DNA from: Candidatus Planktophila sp.
GTDB lineage: Bacteria > Actinomycetota > Actinomycetes > Nanopelagicales > Nanopelagicaceae
Reading direction: 5' to 3'
Assembly (NCBI GenBank): GCA_038905815.1
Contig: JBCKHN010000002.1
Location: 10,916 to 74,915 of the forward strand
Length of the DNA stretch: 64,000 bases
Numbering within the stretch: the stretch's first letter is position 1; each line of letters starts with the position of its first letter. Under the pieces are notes generated by a model that was not told the DNA's origin, made no database searches, and saw only the letters and a program-made list of their open reading frames with translations. Both the position numbers and the translations under genes were made by a program. Shown here one piece after another: positions 19,931 through 30,489 of the stretch.

Positions 19931-20215
19931 GTGCTTGATATTGGGTCAATTCTGGTAACAATTCTTCGGATATTTCTCTTCGCTCTTTTAGGACGTTTGA
20001 TTCTTGACTACGTCAGGATGTTTGCGCCCAATTGGCGTCCGAGTGGAGTTTCGCTCTTTCTCGTTGAGGCGATTTACTCAATTACAGAGAAACCAACTAA
20101 TTTTGTTCGTCGTTTTATTCCGCCGCTTCGAATCGGTGGAGCGAGTTTAGACCTCTCCTTTATTGTGCTCTTCTTCGGAATTCAATTATTGATCCCGATA
20201 GTTAGACAACTTTAA
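19931..20215 (+). CDS. yggT: YggT-family membrane protein (SepG/YlmG)
   Basis: WRPSG, EAIYSITE.P and RRFIPPLRIGG..LDLSF motifs; start is GTG 19931 or TTG 19916. Confidence 0.9.
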   Translation: MLDIGSILVTILRIFLFALLGRLILDYVRMFAPNWRPSGVSLFLVEAIYSITEKPTNFVRRFIPPLRIGGASLDLSFIVLFFGIQLLIPIVRQL

Positions 20216-23200
20216 CAAGGCGAACGCAGATCCCTAACTCATTCTCAGAATGATCAAGGGCCGGATCTTGTTCCATTTTTAGTGCCAGCACTTCATCCAT
20301 AATATGCGCAGAATTGCTAGCGATAGCTTGCGCTATCTCGGTAGTTGCGCTCCAACTGATTTCGATTCGATCTGAAATTTCAAAACCATCGCTTTTGCGA
20401 CGTTCCTGAATCAATCTAATTACCTCTCGAACTCTGCCAGCAGTAATCAATTTAGGTGAAAGCTCTAAATCTAGAGCAACGCTTTCGCCATCGTGGGATG
20501 AAACCATCCATCCGGACTTTGGAACTTCTGTGACAACTAAGTCCTCGAGCGTAATATCCCATTTTTTGTTAATTAACACTGAACCATTGCTACGCAATTG
20601 TTTTACTAGCCTGGTCGCATCAGCGTTTGATATTGCTTTAGCAATTTCCTGAACAGTTCCACCAAACTTTGCGCCTAGGGTTTTGAAGTTAGCTTTAATG
20701 GAGATATCAACTAAGTCACTCCTCGCATCGGCAATATCTTCCAGGTCAATGACATTGAGCTCGTGGGAGATTTGTTCTTTCATCGCCTGCGGAAGGGCAG
20801 CCCATCGACTTGCCGCAATGAGGGCACGTTGGAGAGGTTGGCGAGTTTTGATTCCCGATTGCGCTCGCGCGGCACGACCGAGTTCAACGATTCGTCGAGT
20901 TAGCGCAACATCCTGATTGAGAGTTAGATCAATCACTTGGGTATTGGCCACTGGAAAATTTGATAAGTGAACAGATACTGCAGCTTGCGTTGCGGTTGGA
21001 CGTACCAGTTCTTGCCAAACTTGCTCAGTAATAAATGGAGCCATGGGGGCGAGGAGTTGGGTTAGCGTTGTTAGACATTCGTGTAACGTAGCTAGAGCGG
21101 CCAAATCTCCATCCCAGAAGCGACGACGCGAGCGCCGCACATACCAATTGGAGAGATCATCAATGAAGCGGGCTAGAGCTTTGCCAGCTCCTTGTGAATC
21201 GAAAGATTCCAATGCAGAATCAACCTCTTGAATGAGAAGATTTAGTTCACTCATTATCCAAAGATCCATGAGAGAGCGGTCTTTAAGTGCCGGTGATTGA
21301 GAAAGTTCAAATTTAGATGCATGTGCATAAAGCGAGTGGAAAGAAACGGTGTTCCAGTAGGTGAGCAACGTCTTTCTTACCACATCACTAATCGCCTCAT
21401 GACCCACTCGTCGGGCAGACCATGGAGATCCAGCGGCCAACATGTACCAGCGAACTGCGTCAGCGCCATGCTGGTCCATTAGCGCCATCGGTTCAATGAC
21501 ATTTCCTAACTGCTTGCTCATTTTTCGACCATCTTTATCCAAGATGTGGCCCAGGCAGAGCACTGTTTTATATGAGCTTTGATCGAAAACTAAAGTTCCA
21601 ATAGTCATTAAGGTGTAAAACCAGCCACGAGTTTGGTCGATAGCTTCACAAATAAAATCTGCTGGATATGCACTCTCAAATTTGGCTTTGGAGCCATCTT
21701 TGTGCGGATAGCCCCACTGTGCAAATGGCATGGCGCCAGAGTCATACCAACAGTCAATTACCTCAGGAACGCGTTTCATTTCTTTAGCACAGTGCGCACA
21801 TGGAAAAGTTATGTCATCAACAAATGGTCGATGCGGATCCAAATTAGAGAGTTCTTGCCCGGCCAGCTGGCCTAGCTCTTTAAGTGAATCAACGCATACC
21901 TCATGTTTCTCTTCGCAGCGCCAAATAGGAAGAGGAGTACCCCAATATCGATTGCGCGAGAGCGCCCAGTCGATATTGTTATTGAGCCAATCTCCGTACC
22001 GGCCCGCTTTAATTGTTTCTGGATGCCAATTAGTTTTTTGATTTTCTCTAATCAAGGCCTCTTTAATGGCGGTGGTACGGATGTACCACGATTGCTGCGC
22101 ATAATAAAGAAGTGGAGTGTGGCATCGCCAGCAATGGGGATAGGTGTGTTCGTACGGTTGGTGGCGATAAAGCACACCTTTATTTTTTAGCGCTTTTACC
22201 AGCACTTTATCGGCATCTTTAAAGAATAAACCACCAATGAGTTCGAGATCCGCACGGAAAGTTCCATCTGGAGCAATTGGATTGACCACTGGCAATCCGT
22301 AAGATCGACAAACTTGTAAATCTTCTGCGCCAAAAGCGGGAGATTGATGTACTAAACCGGTGCCATCTTCGGTAGTGACATACGTTGCTAAAACAATGAA
22401 ATGAGAATTTGGAATTTCCACATAATCAAATGGTCGCGCATATGTTGTGTGTTCGAGTTCGCTCCCTTTGTAACGCGCGATGATTTTACTTTCCCCTTTG
22501 AGGGTTGCCATTAAGTCTTTAGCAACAACGAGAATTTCTGTTTCATCCTCATGAGTTACTTCGACCGCTACATATTCCACATCTGGATGGACCGCGATAG
22601 CGGTATTTGATACCAGCGTCCAAGGTGTCGTGGTCCATACCAGGAAAGCTGCATTGATCTTAGTTAAAGGACCAGATGTAATTGGGAAACGTACAAATAT
22701 TGAAGGATCAATTACGTTTTCGTAGCCTTGTGCTAGTTCATGGTCGGATAGCCCTGTTCCGCACCGCGGACAATATGGAGCAACGCGATAATCTTGGACT
22801 AGTAGCCCTTTCTTCCAAATTTCTTTTAAACTCCACCAAATGCTCTCAATATATTCTGGGGACATGGTCCAGTAGGCCTCATCAAAATCAACCCAAAAAC
22901 CCATTCGGTCTGTCATTGCGCTAAATGCGTCAACGTGGCGTTGTACAGATTCGCGACACTTATCGTTAAATGCAGCGATTCCGAATTTTTCGATATCGCC
23001 TTTACCGGCAAACCCCAACTCTTTTTCAACCGCAATCTCTACTGGTAAGCCATGACAATCCCACCCAGCTTTTCGTGTTACGTATTTGCCTTTCATGGTT
23101 TGAAAACGTGGAAAGACATCCTTAAATACTCGAGCTTCGATGTGATGCGTACCGGGTGCTCCATTTGCCGTGGGCGGCCCCTCAAAAAAAGTCCATGGCT

Positions 23201-23318
23201 CGCCACCGGTACGTGCGCGCACCGTTCTGGCAAAGATTGAGTTTTCACGCCAGAAAGCAAGTACTTTATGTTCAAGGGCTGGCAAATCCACAGCTGGCGG
23301 GATTGCGCGAAATGACAT
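20202..23318 (-). CDS. ileS: Isoleucyl-tRNA synthetase, type 2
   Basis: EGPPTANG.PGTHH, GWDCHGLP, WTTTPWTL, GTGLVH, DWALSRNRYWGTP, DQTRGWF and KMSKQ motifs; IleRS2-type C-terminal domain; SD GGAGG. Confidence 0.97.
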   Translation of the reverse strand: MSFRAIPPAVDLPALEHKVLAFWRENSIFARTVRARTGGEPWTFFEGPPTANGAPGTHHIEARVFKDVFPRFQTMKGKYVTRKAGWDCHGLPVEIAVEKELGFAGKGDIEKFGIAAFNDKCRESVQRHVDAFSAMTDRMGFWVDFDEAYWTMSPEYIESIWWSLKEIWKKGLLVQDYRVAPYCPRCGTGLSDHELAQGYENVIDPSIFVRFPITSGPLTKINAAFLVWTTTPWTLVSNTAIAVHPDVEYVAVEVTHEDETEILVVAKDLMATLKGESKIIARYKGSELEHTTYARPFDYVEIPNSHFIVLATYVTTEDGTGLVHQSPAFGAEDLQVCRSYGLPVVNPIAPDGTFRADLELIGGLFFKDADKVLVKALKNKGVLYRHQPYEHTYPHCWRCHTPLLYYAQQSWYIRTTAIKEALIRENQKTNWHPETIKAGRYGDWLNNNIDWALSRNRYWGTPLPIWRCEEKHEVCVDSLKELGQLAGQELSNLDPHRPFVDDITFPCAHCAKEMKRVPEVIDCWYDSGAMPFAQWGYPHKDGSKAKFESAYPADFICEAIDQTRGWFYTLMTIGTLVFDQSSYKTVLCLGHILDKDGRKMSKQLGNVIEPMALMDQHGADAVRWYMLAAGSPWSARRVGHEAISDVVRKTLLTYWNTVSFHSLYAHASKFELSQSPALKDRSLMDLWIMSELNLLIQEVDSALESFDSQGAGKALARFIDDLSNWYVRRSRRRFWDGDLAALATLHECLTTLTQLLAPMAPFITEQVWQELVRPTATQAAVSVHLSNFPVANTQVIDLTLNQDVALTRRIVELGRAARAQSGIKTRQPLQRALIAASRWAALPQAMKEQISHELNVIDLEDIADARSDLVDISIKANFKTLGAKFGGTVQEIAKAISNADATRLVKQLRSNGSVLINKKWDITLEDLVVTEVPKSGWMVSSHDGESVALDLELSPKLITAGRVREVIRLIQERRKSDGFEISDRIEISWSATTEIAQAIASNSAHIMDEVLALKMEQDPALDHSENELGICVRLVKVV

Positions 23319-23434
23319 AAAAAACCTCCATGAGCGTTCTTTTTCGCGTGCCGGATAAGTCTAGTCCATGGTTAGCCAAAAATTCTTCGTGGCGAAGTTG
23401 TTCAACTGTGGCTAATACGCATAAGGTACGCGCC

Positions 23435-24148
23435 ATGCCTGCCAAAAGTGCCAAGCGCGCACCTATCAAGAAAGTTGCCAAAAAAGCTCCGGCCAAAAAA
23501 GCTCCGGCCAAAAAAGCTCCGGCCAAAAAAGCGCCAGCGAAGAAGAGCGCAGTTAAGAAAGCCACTGGTAGACCTTTTTCTGCGAAAACTACGCTTACTG
23601 TGGATGAAAAATCCCAGACTGTGAGCGTGGCAACCAGAGTTGCCCCAGTTGCGATTCCAGTAGTTGAAGAACGTCGTTTGGTAATGCCACCACCACCGCG
23701 ACCAGCCAAAAGCGGAAAGAAAACTCCTCCACTAAAGCCAATCAGATTGCCACCAACTCCAATGGTTGTTAGCGCTGGTGAACCATCTTGGTCGCTCTCT
23801 GAGTTAAAAGCTATGCGCACGGAACTTGCAAAGCAGCTTTTACGTCTGCGCGCTGATTTGACCCAGGTAGAAAGTGAGATGGATTCGCTGATTCAAGAAT
23901 CCGGTGAAGGGGCAGGCGATGATCAAGCCGATGCCGGAACTAAGACTTTCGAACGCGAGCATGAGATGTCTCTAGTAATTAATGCCAAAGATATGGTTTT
24001 GCAAACAGAGCGCGCACTTGACCGGATAGATGACAAGTCTTATGGCAATTGTGAAGAGTGCGGTAACGCGATTGGTAAAGCTCGCTTACAAGTTTTCCCA
24101 CGAGCAACTCTCTGCATGCTCTGCAAGCAGAAGGAAGAACGGCGCTAA
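23435..24148 (+). CDS. DksA/TraR C4 zinc-finger protein with N-terminal histone-like domain (DdbA-like)
   Basis: KKAPA repeats, Pro-rich linker, coiled coil with GDDQADAG tip and CEECG...ARL..FPRA.LCMLCK. Start is ATG 23435, after TAAGGT-N7. Confidence 0.9.
   Translation: MPAKSAKRAPIKKVAKKAPAKKAPAKKAPAKKAPAKKSAVKKATGRPFSAKTTLTVDEKSQTVSVATRVAPVAIPVVEERRLVMPPPPRPAKSGKKTPPLKPIRLPPTPMVVSAGEPSWSLSELKAMRTELAKQLLRLRADLTQVESEMDSLIQESGEGAGDDQADAGTKTFEREHEMSLVINAKDMVLQTERALDRIDDKSYGNCEECGNAIGKARLQVFPRATLCMLCKQKEERR
23477..23536 (+). repeat. 15-bp coding tandem repeat (AKKAP)n
   Basis: GCCAAAAAAGCTCCG in three perfect copies (23477-23521) plus the variant GCCAAAAAAGCGCCA. Confidence 0.95.
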
Positions 24149-24150
24149 TT

Positions 24151-24657
24151 TTGCGCCCGATCCCTACTCCTAAGAAAGCGTGGCGACTTCTTTATGCGCT
24201 CGCACTCTCTGTCTGGGTTATTGATTTCACAACAAAGACATGGGCAGTAAGTCAACTACTCGATGGTGGCCCAGTAAAAGTTCTGGGCACTTTCCTTCAA
24301 CTTAATTTAACCCGTAATCCCGGAGCCGCGTTTAACTTTGCAGCGGGTTCTACTATTTTCTTGTCGCTCTTGGCAGCCATCGTTTCCGTGGTGATAAATT
24401 ATTACGCACCAAAAATTGATTCCAACGGTTGGGCCGTTACGTTAGGCCTCTTACTTGGCGGAGTCCTTGGAAATCTAACGGACCGTCTATTTCGCGAACC
24501 AGGTTTTTTGAAAGGACATGTTATTGATTGGATTGAGCTTCCTAATTGGCCGATTTTTAATGTTGCCGACTCGGCTATAGTCATCGCATCGGTAATTGCA
24601 ATCACTTTATCGATGCGCAATATTGCGCCAATTAATAAGTCTGGTGCCACCTCATGA
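24151..24657 (+). CDS. lspA: Lipoprotein signal peptidase
   Basis: D..TK, RNPGAAF, GGVLGNLTDR, GHVIDWI and WPIFNVADS motifs. Confidence 0.96.
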   Translation: MRPIPTPKKAWRLLYALALSVWVIDFTTKTWAVSQLLDGGPVKVLGTFLQLNLTRNPGAAFNFAAGSTIFLSLLAAIVSVVINYYAPKIDSNGWAVTLGLLLGGVLGNLTDRLFREPGFLKGHVIDWIELPNWPIFNVADSAIVIASVIAITLSMRNIAPINKSGATS

Positions 24658-25595
24658 TTGCACGTGAATTACGCACGCTAAGCGTGCCAGAGGGCGTAGC
24701 TGGCGAGCGGATAGATAGCGCGCTCACGCGAGTCCTTGGTTTATCTCGCACCAGCGTTGTGAAGTTATTAGATGATGGAGATATCACGACTTCTGGTAGC
24801 GCTATGGCGAAATCAGAGCGAGTGGTTGCGCACCAAATAATTGAGGTGCTAATGCCCGCGACCATTAATTCTGACCCAATTCCTCTAACACCCATTGATG
24901 GGTTACGAATTATTTATGACGATAACGACATAGTCGTTATCGATAAACCTGTGGGGTGTGCAGCACATCCAAGTCCAGGATGGATGGGTCCAACGGTCGT
25001 TGGTGCGTTGAGCGCAGCTGGTTACACAATCTCGACCAGCGGGTCTGCTGAGCGTCAAGGCATTGTTCATAGGTTAGATGTTGGCACCAGCGGATTGATG
25101 GTTGTAGCCAAAAGCGATAGCGCATTTACCGTTATGAAAGATGCTTTTAGAAATAGAACGGTAGCGAAGATTTATCACGCGCTCATTCAAGGTCATATGG
25201 ATCCAACAACTGGAACAATTGATGCTCCGATCGATCGCCATCCAAAAGAAGATCATCGATTTGCCGTTGTTGCACAAGGGAAAGAATCAATTACTCATTA
25301 TGAAGTCATTGAATTTTATCGTTCTGTTTCGTTAGTGAAAGTTGAATTAGAGACTGGACGCACCCATCAAATTAGAGTTCACTTTTCAGCGCTTAACCAT
25401 CCGCTAGTAGGGGATATGACTTATTGCGCAGACCCAGTGCTGGCCAAAAGCCTTGCGATTTCTAGACCTTGGCTTCATGCGATGGAGTTGCGCTTTGCGC
25501 ACCCAGCCACCGGTCAAGATATGAGATTTAGCGCACCATATCCCGATGACTTGTTACGTTCACTAGTGTTGCTATCTGATGCCATCCTACCTTAA
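24654..25595 (+). CDS. rluD: RluA-family pseudouridine synthase (RluD-like)
   Basis: S4 domain, DKPVG..AHP, GIVHRLDVGTSG and LETGRTHQIRVH motifs. Confidence 0.92.
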   Translation: MIARELRTLSVPEGVAGERIDSALTRVLGLSRTSVVKLLDDGDITTSGSAMAKSERVVAHQIIEVLMPATINSDPIPLTPIDGLRIIYDDNDIVVIDKPVGCAAHPSPGWMGPTVVGALSAAGYTISTSGSAERQGIVHRLDVGTSGLMVVAKSDSAFTVMKDAFRNRTVAKIYHALIQGHMDPTTGTIDAPIDRHPKEDHRFAVVAQGKESITHYEVIEFYRSVSLVKVELETGRTHQIRVHFSALNHPLVGDMTYCADPVLAKSLAISRPWLHAMELRFAHPATGQDMRFSAPYPDDLLRSLVLLSDAILP

Positions 25596-25613
25596 AGAGT
25601 AGCCTCACTCATC

Positions 25614-28600
25614 ATGTCTGAAAAAAGCGCTGCCGATCAATCCTTTGTGCATTTGCACGTTCATACCGAGTATTCGATGCTCGATGGAGCAGCACGGGTT
25701 GGAGATTTAGTTAAGCAAGTTTTGACGCAAGGCGCGTCGGCAATTGCAATAACAGATCACGGAAATGTTTTCGGTGCTTTTGATTTTTTCAAGCAAGCGA
25801 AAAAGGTTGGCGTAAAGCCCATTATCGGAATCGAAGCCTACGTTGCGCCAGAATCTCGTTTCGAAAAGAAACGTGTGAAGTGGGCCGATGGTGGCGAGGA
25901 TGACGTTTCTGGTGGTGGTGCGTATACGCACATGACTATTCTGGCTGAAAACAATGAAGGCCTTGGGAATCTTTTCAGACTCTCTTCTTTAGCTAGCCTG
26001 GAAGGGTTTTACTACAAACCTCGCATGGATCGCGAACTTCTTGCACAGTATTCAAAAGGTTTAATTGCAACAACGGGTTGTCCTGGTGGGGAAATTCAAA
26101 CTCGCTTACGTATGGGTGCTTATAAAGAAGCGCTACGCGCGGGGAGTGACTATCGCGATATTTTTGGTGCCGAAAATTTTTATCTCGAAATTATGGATCA
26201 CGGCATTGATATTGAGAAGCGCGTGCGAGCTGACTTGCTCAAATTAAGTAAAGATTTGGATTTACCTCTTCTTGCAACAAATGATTTGCACTACACATCA
26301 AAAGAAGATGCAGCTTCACACGAAGTTTTACTCTGTGTTCAGTCAGGATCGACTATTGCAGACCCAAAACGATTTAAATTTGAAAACGATGAGTTCTATT
26401 TAAAAACGCCCGCCCAAATGCGCGAATTATTTAAAGATATTCCAGAAAGTTGTGACAACACTCTGCTCGTTGCCGAGCGATGCAACGTTACATTGCGCGA
26501 AGGGGAAAATTTACTTCCTCAATTCCAAGTCCCGCAAGGTGAAACTGAAGATTCTTGGTTAAAGAAAGAAGCCAAACTCGGTTTGAAATTCCGTTTAAGT
26601 GGGCAAGTTCCAGAAAAATATGGAGCCCGACTCGAATATGAACTTGGCGTGATGATCGCAATGGGTTTCCCTGGCTACTTTCTGGTAGTTGCTGACTTAG
26701 TCGCGCATGCAAAGAGAGTTGGAATCCGGGTAGGTCCAGGTCGTGGCTCTGCTGCCGGTTCATTAGTTGCTTACGCCCTAGGCATTACTGGTATCGATCC
26801 GCTCGAGCATGGATTGCTTTTTGAGCGCTTCTTAAATCCAGAACGTATTTCGATGCCTGATATCGATTTGGATTTTGATGAACGCCGCCGCTCGGAAATG
26901 ATCCGATATGCAACCACAAAATATGGTGAAGATCGCGTAGCTCAGATCATTACATACGGAACAATTAAATCTAAACAGGCAATTAAAGATTCGACGCGCG
27001 TTCTCGGATACCCGTATGTAGTTGGAGAAAAACTTACTAAAGCTCTGCCGCCAGCCGTTATGGGGAAAGATATTTCTTTGAGTGGAGTCTTTGACTCAAA
27101 AGATGACCGATATACAGAAGCTGGTGAGTTTCGATCTCTCTATGAGTCAGATCCCGATTCCAAACGAGTGGTGGATACGGCGCGCGGCCTAGAGGGGCTA
27201 AAGCGCCAATGGGGGGTGCACGCCGCTGGTGTAATTCTTTCGCGCGTACCTTTACTTGATGTTATTCCGATTCATCGCCGTGAGGCCGACGGCGCAATCA
27301 TCACGCAATTCGATATGGGAGCTTGCGAAGCTATCGGTTTATTGAAAATGGACTTTCTTGGACTTCGAAATCTTTCGGTCCTCGATGACGCTCTGCTAAA
27401 TATTAAAGTAAATAAGCGCCTTGATGTCGCTCTCGAAGAGTTAACCCTGGATGACCTCAAGACTTACCAATTACTTTCTCGCGGTGACACGCTAGGTGTT
27501 TTCCAACTCGATGGTGGCCCTATGCGCGCGTTACTTAGAAGCATGTCCCCGGATTCTTTCCAAGACATTTCAGCCGTTATTGCGTTGTATCGCCCTGGCC
27601 CAATGGGTGAAAATGCGCATAACAACTATGCCGATCGCAAAAATGGTCGCAAGAGCGTGGAACCAATTCACCAAGAGCTATTTGAGCCTTTGCAAGAGAT
27701 TCTCGGTGATACATATGGCCTCATTGTTTACCAAGAACAAGTTATGGCAATCGCACAGAAAGTTGCAGGATTCTCACTTGGGCGAGCGGATTTATTGCGA
27801 AAAGCAATGGGAAAGAAAGATAAGAAGATTCTCGATAAGGAGTACATCCCTTTCGAAGCCGGTATGAGGGCCAACGGTTTCTCATCAACGGCAATTAAAC
27901 GTTTGTGGGATGTTTTGATTCCTTTCTCGGATTACGCTTTCAACCGCGCGCATAGTGTAGGTTACGGAGTTATCTCGTATTGGACGGCTTATCTCAAAGC
28001 TAATTTTCCAACTGAATATATGGCAGCGCTGCTGACAAGTGTGCGCGATGATAAAGACAAATCGGCGTTGTACTTAAGCGAGTGCAGGCGGATGGGAATC
28101 AAAGTACTCCCACCTGATGTTAACGAATCCGATGCGGAATACACCCCACGCGGTGCGGATATTCGGTTTGGTTTGGCAGCGATTCGCAATGTTGGCGAAG
28201 GAGTTGTCGCATCAATTAAAGCTGCACGTGATTTTAAGGGTCACTACCTCTCTTTTGGTGATTTCCTTACAAAAGTTGATGCGCTCGTCTGCAATAAGAA
28301 AACTATCGAGTCACTTATCAAAGCAGGTGCATTTGGCTCACTTGGTGCCACACGTAAAGGTTTGATGGCAATTTATTTAGAAGCCATAGATTGCGCGATT
28401 GAAGCTAAACGTGCCGAAGCGATTGGACAGTTTGATTTATTCGCCTGTGATTCAACCATTCAAATATCAGGGCTAAATTTAACCATCCCAGAAGGCGAGT
28501 GGGAAAAAATGATGCTCTTAAGTTATGAGAGAGAGATGCTTGGTCTCTATGTTTCAGACCATCCACTACTAGGAGTTGAGCACGTATTACGGGCTAAGAC

Positions 28601-29135
28601 CGATCTCTCCATTAGCGCTTTATTAGATGAAGGCGCTACCCACGAATCGGTTCTGACAATTGGCGGCTTGATAACGAGCATCACCAGAAAAGTGTCGAGA
28701 CAAGGCGCGTCATGGGCAGTCGTAACAATTGAAGACTTAGAAGGCTCGCTCGAAGTTCTCTTCTTTGCTAATACTTATAATCAGTATGCACTTTCACTCA
28801 TAGAGGATCGAATTGTTGCCATTCGCGGTCGGGTCGATCGAAGGGATGACGCTGCTCTTCGCTTTACTGCACTTGAAATGAGTTCGCTTGATATTTCCGG
28901 CGCACCAACCGGTCCACTTATTATCAGCCTTCCTATCACCTCATGCACCCCACCAATCGTTGAGCGAATGAGAGAGATTTTGAGATCTCATCCGGGTGAA
29001 CGAGAAGTTCATCTTGAGCTCCAAGAGAATGGATCTAGCACGGTTATGAAAGTTGATGCGCTCGTGACCGCTTCGCCGAGTTTGAGCGCAGACTTGAAAT
29101 CAATTCTGGGTCCGAACTGTCTGGTTAACGGTTAG
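25614..29135 (+). CDS. dnaE: DNA polymerase III alpha subunit (DnaE1)
   Basis: FVHLHVHTEYSMLDGA, GPGRGSAAGS, MPDIDLDF, KMDFLGL and YAFNRAHS motifs plus OB fold; 1173 aa with no intein. Confidence 0.98.
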   Translation: MSEKSAADQSFVHLHVHTEYSMLDGAARVGDLVKQVLTQGASAIAITDHGNVFGAFDFFKQAKKVGVKPIIGIEAYVAPESRFEKKRVKWADGGEDDVSGGGAYTHMTILAENNEGLGNLFRLSSLASLEGFYYKPRMDRELLAQYSKGLIATTGCPGGEIQTRLRMGAYKEALRAGSDYRDIFGAENFYLEIMDHGIDIEKRVRADLLKLSKDLDLPLLATNDLHYTSKEDAASHEVLLCVQSGSTIADPKRFKFENDEFYLKTPAQMRELFKDIPESCDNTLLVAERCNVTLREGENLLPQFQVPQGETEDSWLKKEAKLGLKFRLSGQVPEKYGARLEYELGVMIAMGFPGYFLVVADLVAHAKRVGIRVGPGRGSAAGSLVAYALGITGIDPLEHGLLFERFLNPERISMPDIDLDFDERRRSEMIRYATTKYGEDRVAQIITYGTIKSKQAIKDSTRVLGYPYVVGEKLTKALPPAVMGKDISLSGVFDSKDDRYTEAGEFRSLYESDPDSKRVVDTARGLEGLKRQWGVHAAGVILSRVPLLDVIPIHRREADGAIITQFDMGACEAIGLLKMDFLGLRNLSVLDDALLNIKVNKRLDVALEELTLDDLKTYQLLSRGDTLGVFQLDGGPMRALLRSMSPDSFQDISAVIALYRPGPMGENAHNNYADRKNGRKSVEPIHQELFEPLQEILGDTYGLIVYQEQVMAIAQKVAGFSLGRADLLRKAMGKKDKKILDKEYIPFEAGMRANGFSSTAIKRLWDVLIPFSDYAFNRAHSVGYGVISYWTAYLKANFPTEYMAALLTSVRDDKDKSALYLSECRRMGIKVLPPDVNESDAEYTPRGADIRFGLAAIRNVGEGVVASIKAARDFKGHYLSFGDFLTKVDALVCNKKTIESLIKAGAFGSLGATRKGLMAIYLEAIDCAIEAKRAEAIGQFDLFACDSTIQISGLNLTIPEGEWEKMMLLSYEREMLGLYVSDHPLLGVEHVLRAKTDLSISALLDEGATHESVLTIGGLITSITRKVSRQGASWAVVTIEDLEGSLEVLFFANTYNQYALSLIEDRIVAIRGRVDRRDDAALRFTALEMSSLDISGAPTGPLIISLPITSCTPPIVERMREILRSHPGEREVHLELQENGSSTVMKVDALVTASPSLSADLKSILGPNCLVNG

Positions 29136-29181
29136 TTTTATTGAGCAACGCAGCTGGGAGCTTGACCTCTACAATTAAGAA

Positions 29182-30489
29182 ATGATTCGCACTCTGGACT
29201 TACGATCTCGCGCACTCACAAAAGCTGGTTATCAACGTGAGCTGCCACGAGCAAGTTTAGATATCGCGCACGTAACCTCGCTCATCGAAGGAATCCTAAA
29301 ACGAGTTAAGAGTGGTAGTGAGAGAGATTTGCTAGAGCTCTGCCTCCAGTTTGATGGAATAGCCCCAGAGAGCGTACGGGTTGCGCAGAGCGAGTTAGAG
29401 CGCGCGTTGGCGAAGCTAGCGCCTAAAGTTCGGCAAGCTTTGGAACTCTCAGCAGAGCGAATACGGAAGGTTCACCAAGATCAAACTCGCAACGAAAGTA
29501 CGGTGCGCGTTGTTGACGGGGGAGTTGTAAGCGAGAAATGGATTCCAGTTGACCGGGTAGGTCTCTACGTTCCGGGAGGCCGCGCGGTTTACCCGAGCAC
29601 TGTTTTAATGAGCGTTATACCTGCGCAAATTGCGAAAGTTTCTAGTATTGCAGTTGCATCACCTCCTCAGAAGGAATTTAACGGACTGCCACACCCAACG
29701 ATTCTGGCCGCCGCCGCTTTATTAGGAATTACCGAAGTTTATGCAATTGGCGGAGCTCAGGCGATCGCGCTCTTTGCATACGGCATGGATGGCGTATGCG
29801 AAAAATGTGATTTGGTGACCGGTCCTGGCAATATTTATGTGGCAGCCGCTAAACGTGCGCTCCGTGGAGTTATCGGAATTGACTCAGAGGCGGGGCCAAC
29901 TGAGATTGTAATTTTGGCCGATGAAAGTGCGATAGCTAGTGATGTGGCTGCTGATCTAATAAGCCAAGCCGAACACGACACAATTGCTGCAGCAATATTG
30001 GTTACCGATTCCATAGAGCTACTGCGCGTGGTCGAAAAAGAGTTAGAAATTCGCGTTGCTACTACTAAGCACTCCGAGCGGATTCGAACCGCGTTATCTG
30101 GTAAACAATCCGCTTTGGTTTTAGTTGGTTCCATCGCGCAAGGTTTAGATGTTGTAAACGCATACGCCGGCGAACATTTGGAAATTCAAACGAGAAATGC
30201 CAGAGAAGTAGCATCGCTTGTTCGCAATGCAGGGGCCGTTTTCATTGGTCGCTTTTCTCCAGTTTCATTGGGGGATTACGCCGCTGGTTCAAATCACGTA
30301 CTACCAACTGGAGGATGCGCTTGCCACTCGAGTGGACTTTCCGTTCAAACTTTTTTACGTCGTATTCAATTCATTGAATATAGTGAAGACGCATTTAAGG
30401 AAATACTCCCAACGGTCCTAACGCTTGCCCAAGCTGAAGATTTACCTGCACATGGCGAAGCGATGGTTGCACGTTTGGAGAAGTTATGA
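29182..30489 (+). CDS. hisD: Histidinol dehydrogenase
   Basis: [34 protein letters not shown] and [13 protein letters not shown] motifs. Confidence 0.97.
   Translation: MIRTLDLRSRALTKAGYQRELPRASLDIAHVTSLIEGILKRVKSGSERDLLELCLQFDGIAPESVRVAQSELERALAKLAPKVRQALELSAERIRKVHQDQTRNESTVRVVDGGVVSEKWIPVDRVGLYVPGGRAVYPSTVLMSVIPAQIAKVSSIAVASPPQKEFNGLPHPTILAAAALLGITEVYAIGGAQAIALFAYGMDGVCEKCDLVTGPGNIYVAAAKRALRGVIGIDSEAGPTEIVILADESAIASDVAADLISQAEHDTIAAAILVTDSIELLRVVEKELEIRVATTKHSERIRTALSGKQSALVLVGSIAQGLDVVNAYAGEHLEIQTRNAREVASLVRNAGAVFIGRFSPVSLGDYAAGSNHVLPTGGCACHSSGLSVQTFLRRIQFIEYSEDAFKEILPTVLTLAQAEDLPAHGEAMVARLEKL

Noticed and set aside
23330-23434. Longer start for the DksA-like ORF, and a possible ileS T-box in this gap
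   Set aside because: ATG 23435 fits a leaderless promoter; no GGTGGTACCGCG-like T-box sequence is present on the minus strand.
23477-23536. Tandem repeat as a CRISPR array
   Set aside because: These are 15-bp in-frame coding repeats without spacers, and there are no cas genes.
25614-29135. Intein or split in dnaE
   Set aside because: Length is 1173 aa with continuous motifs and no insertion.
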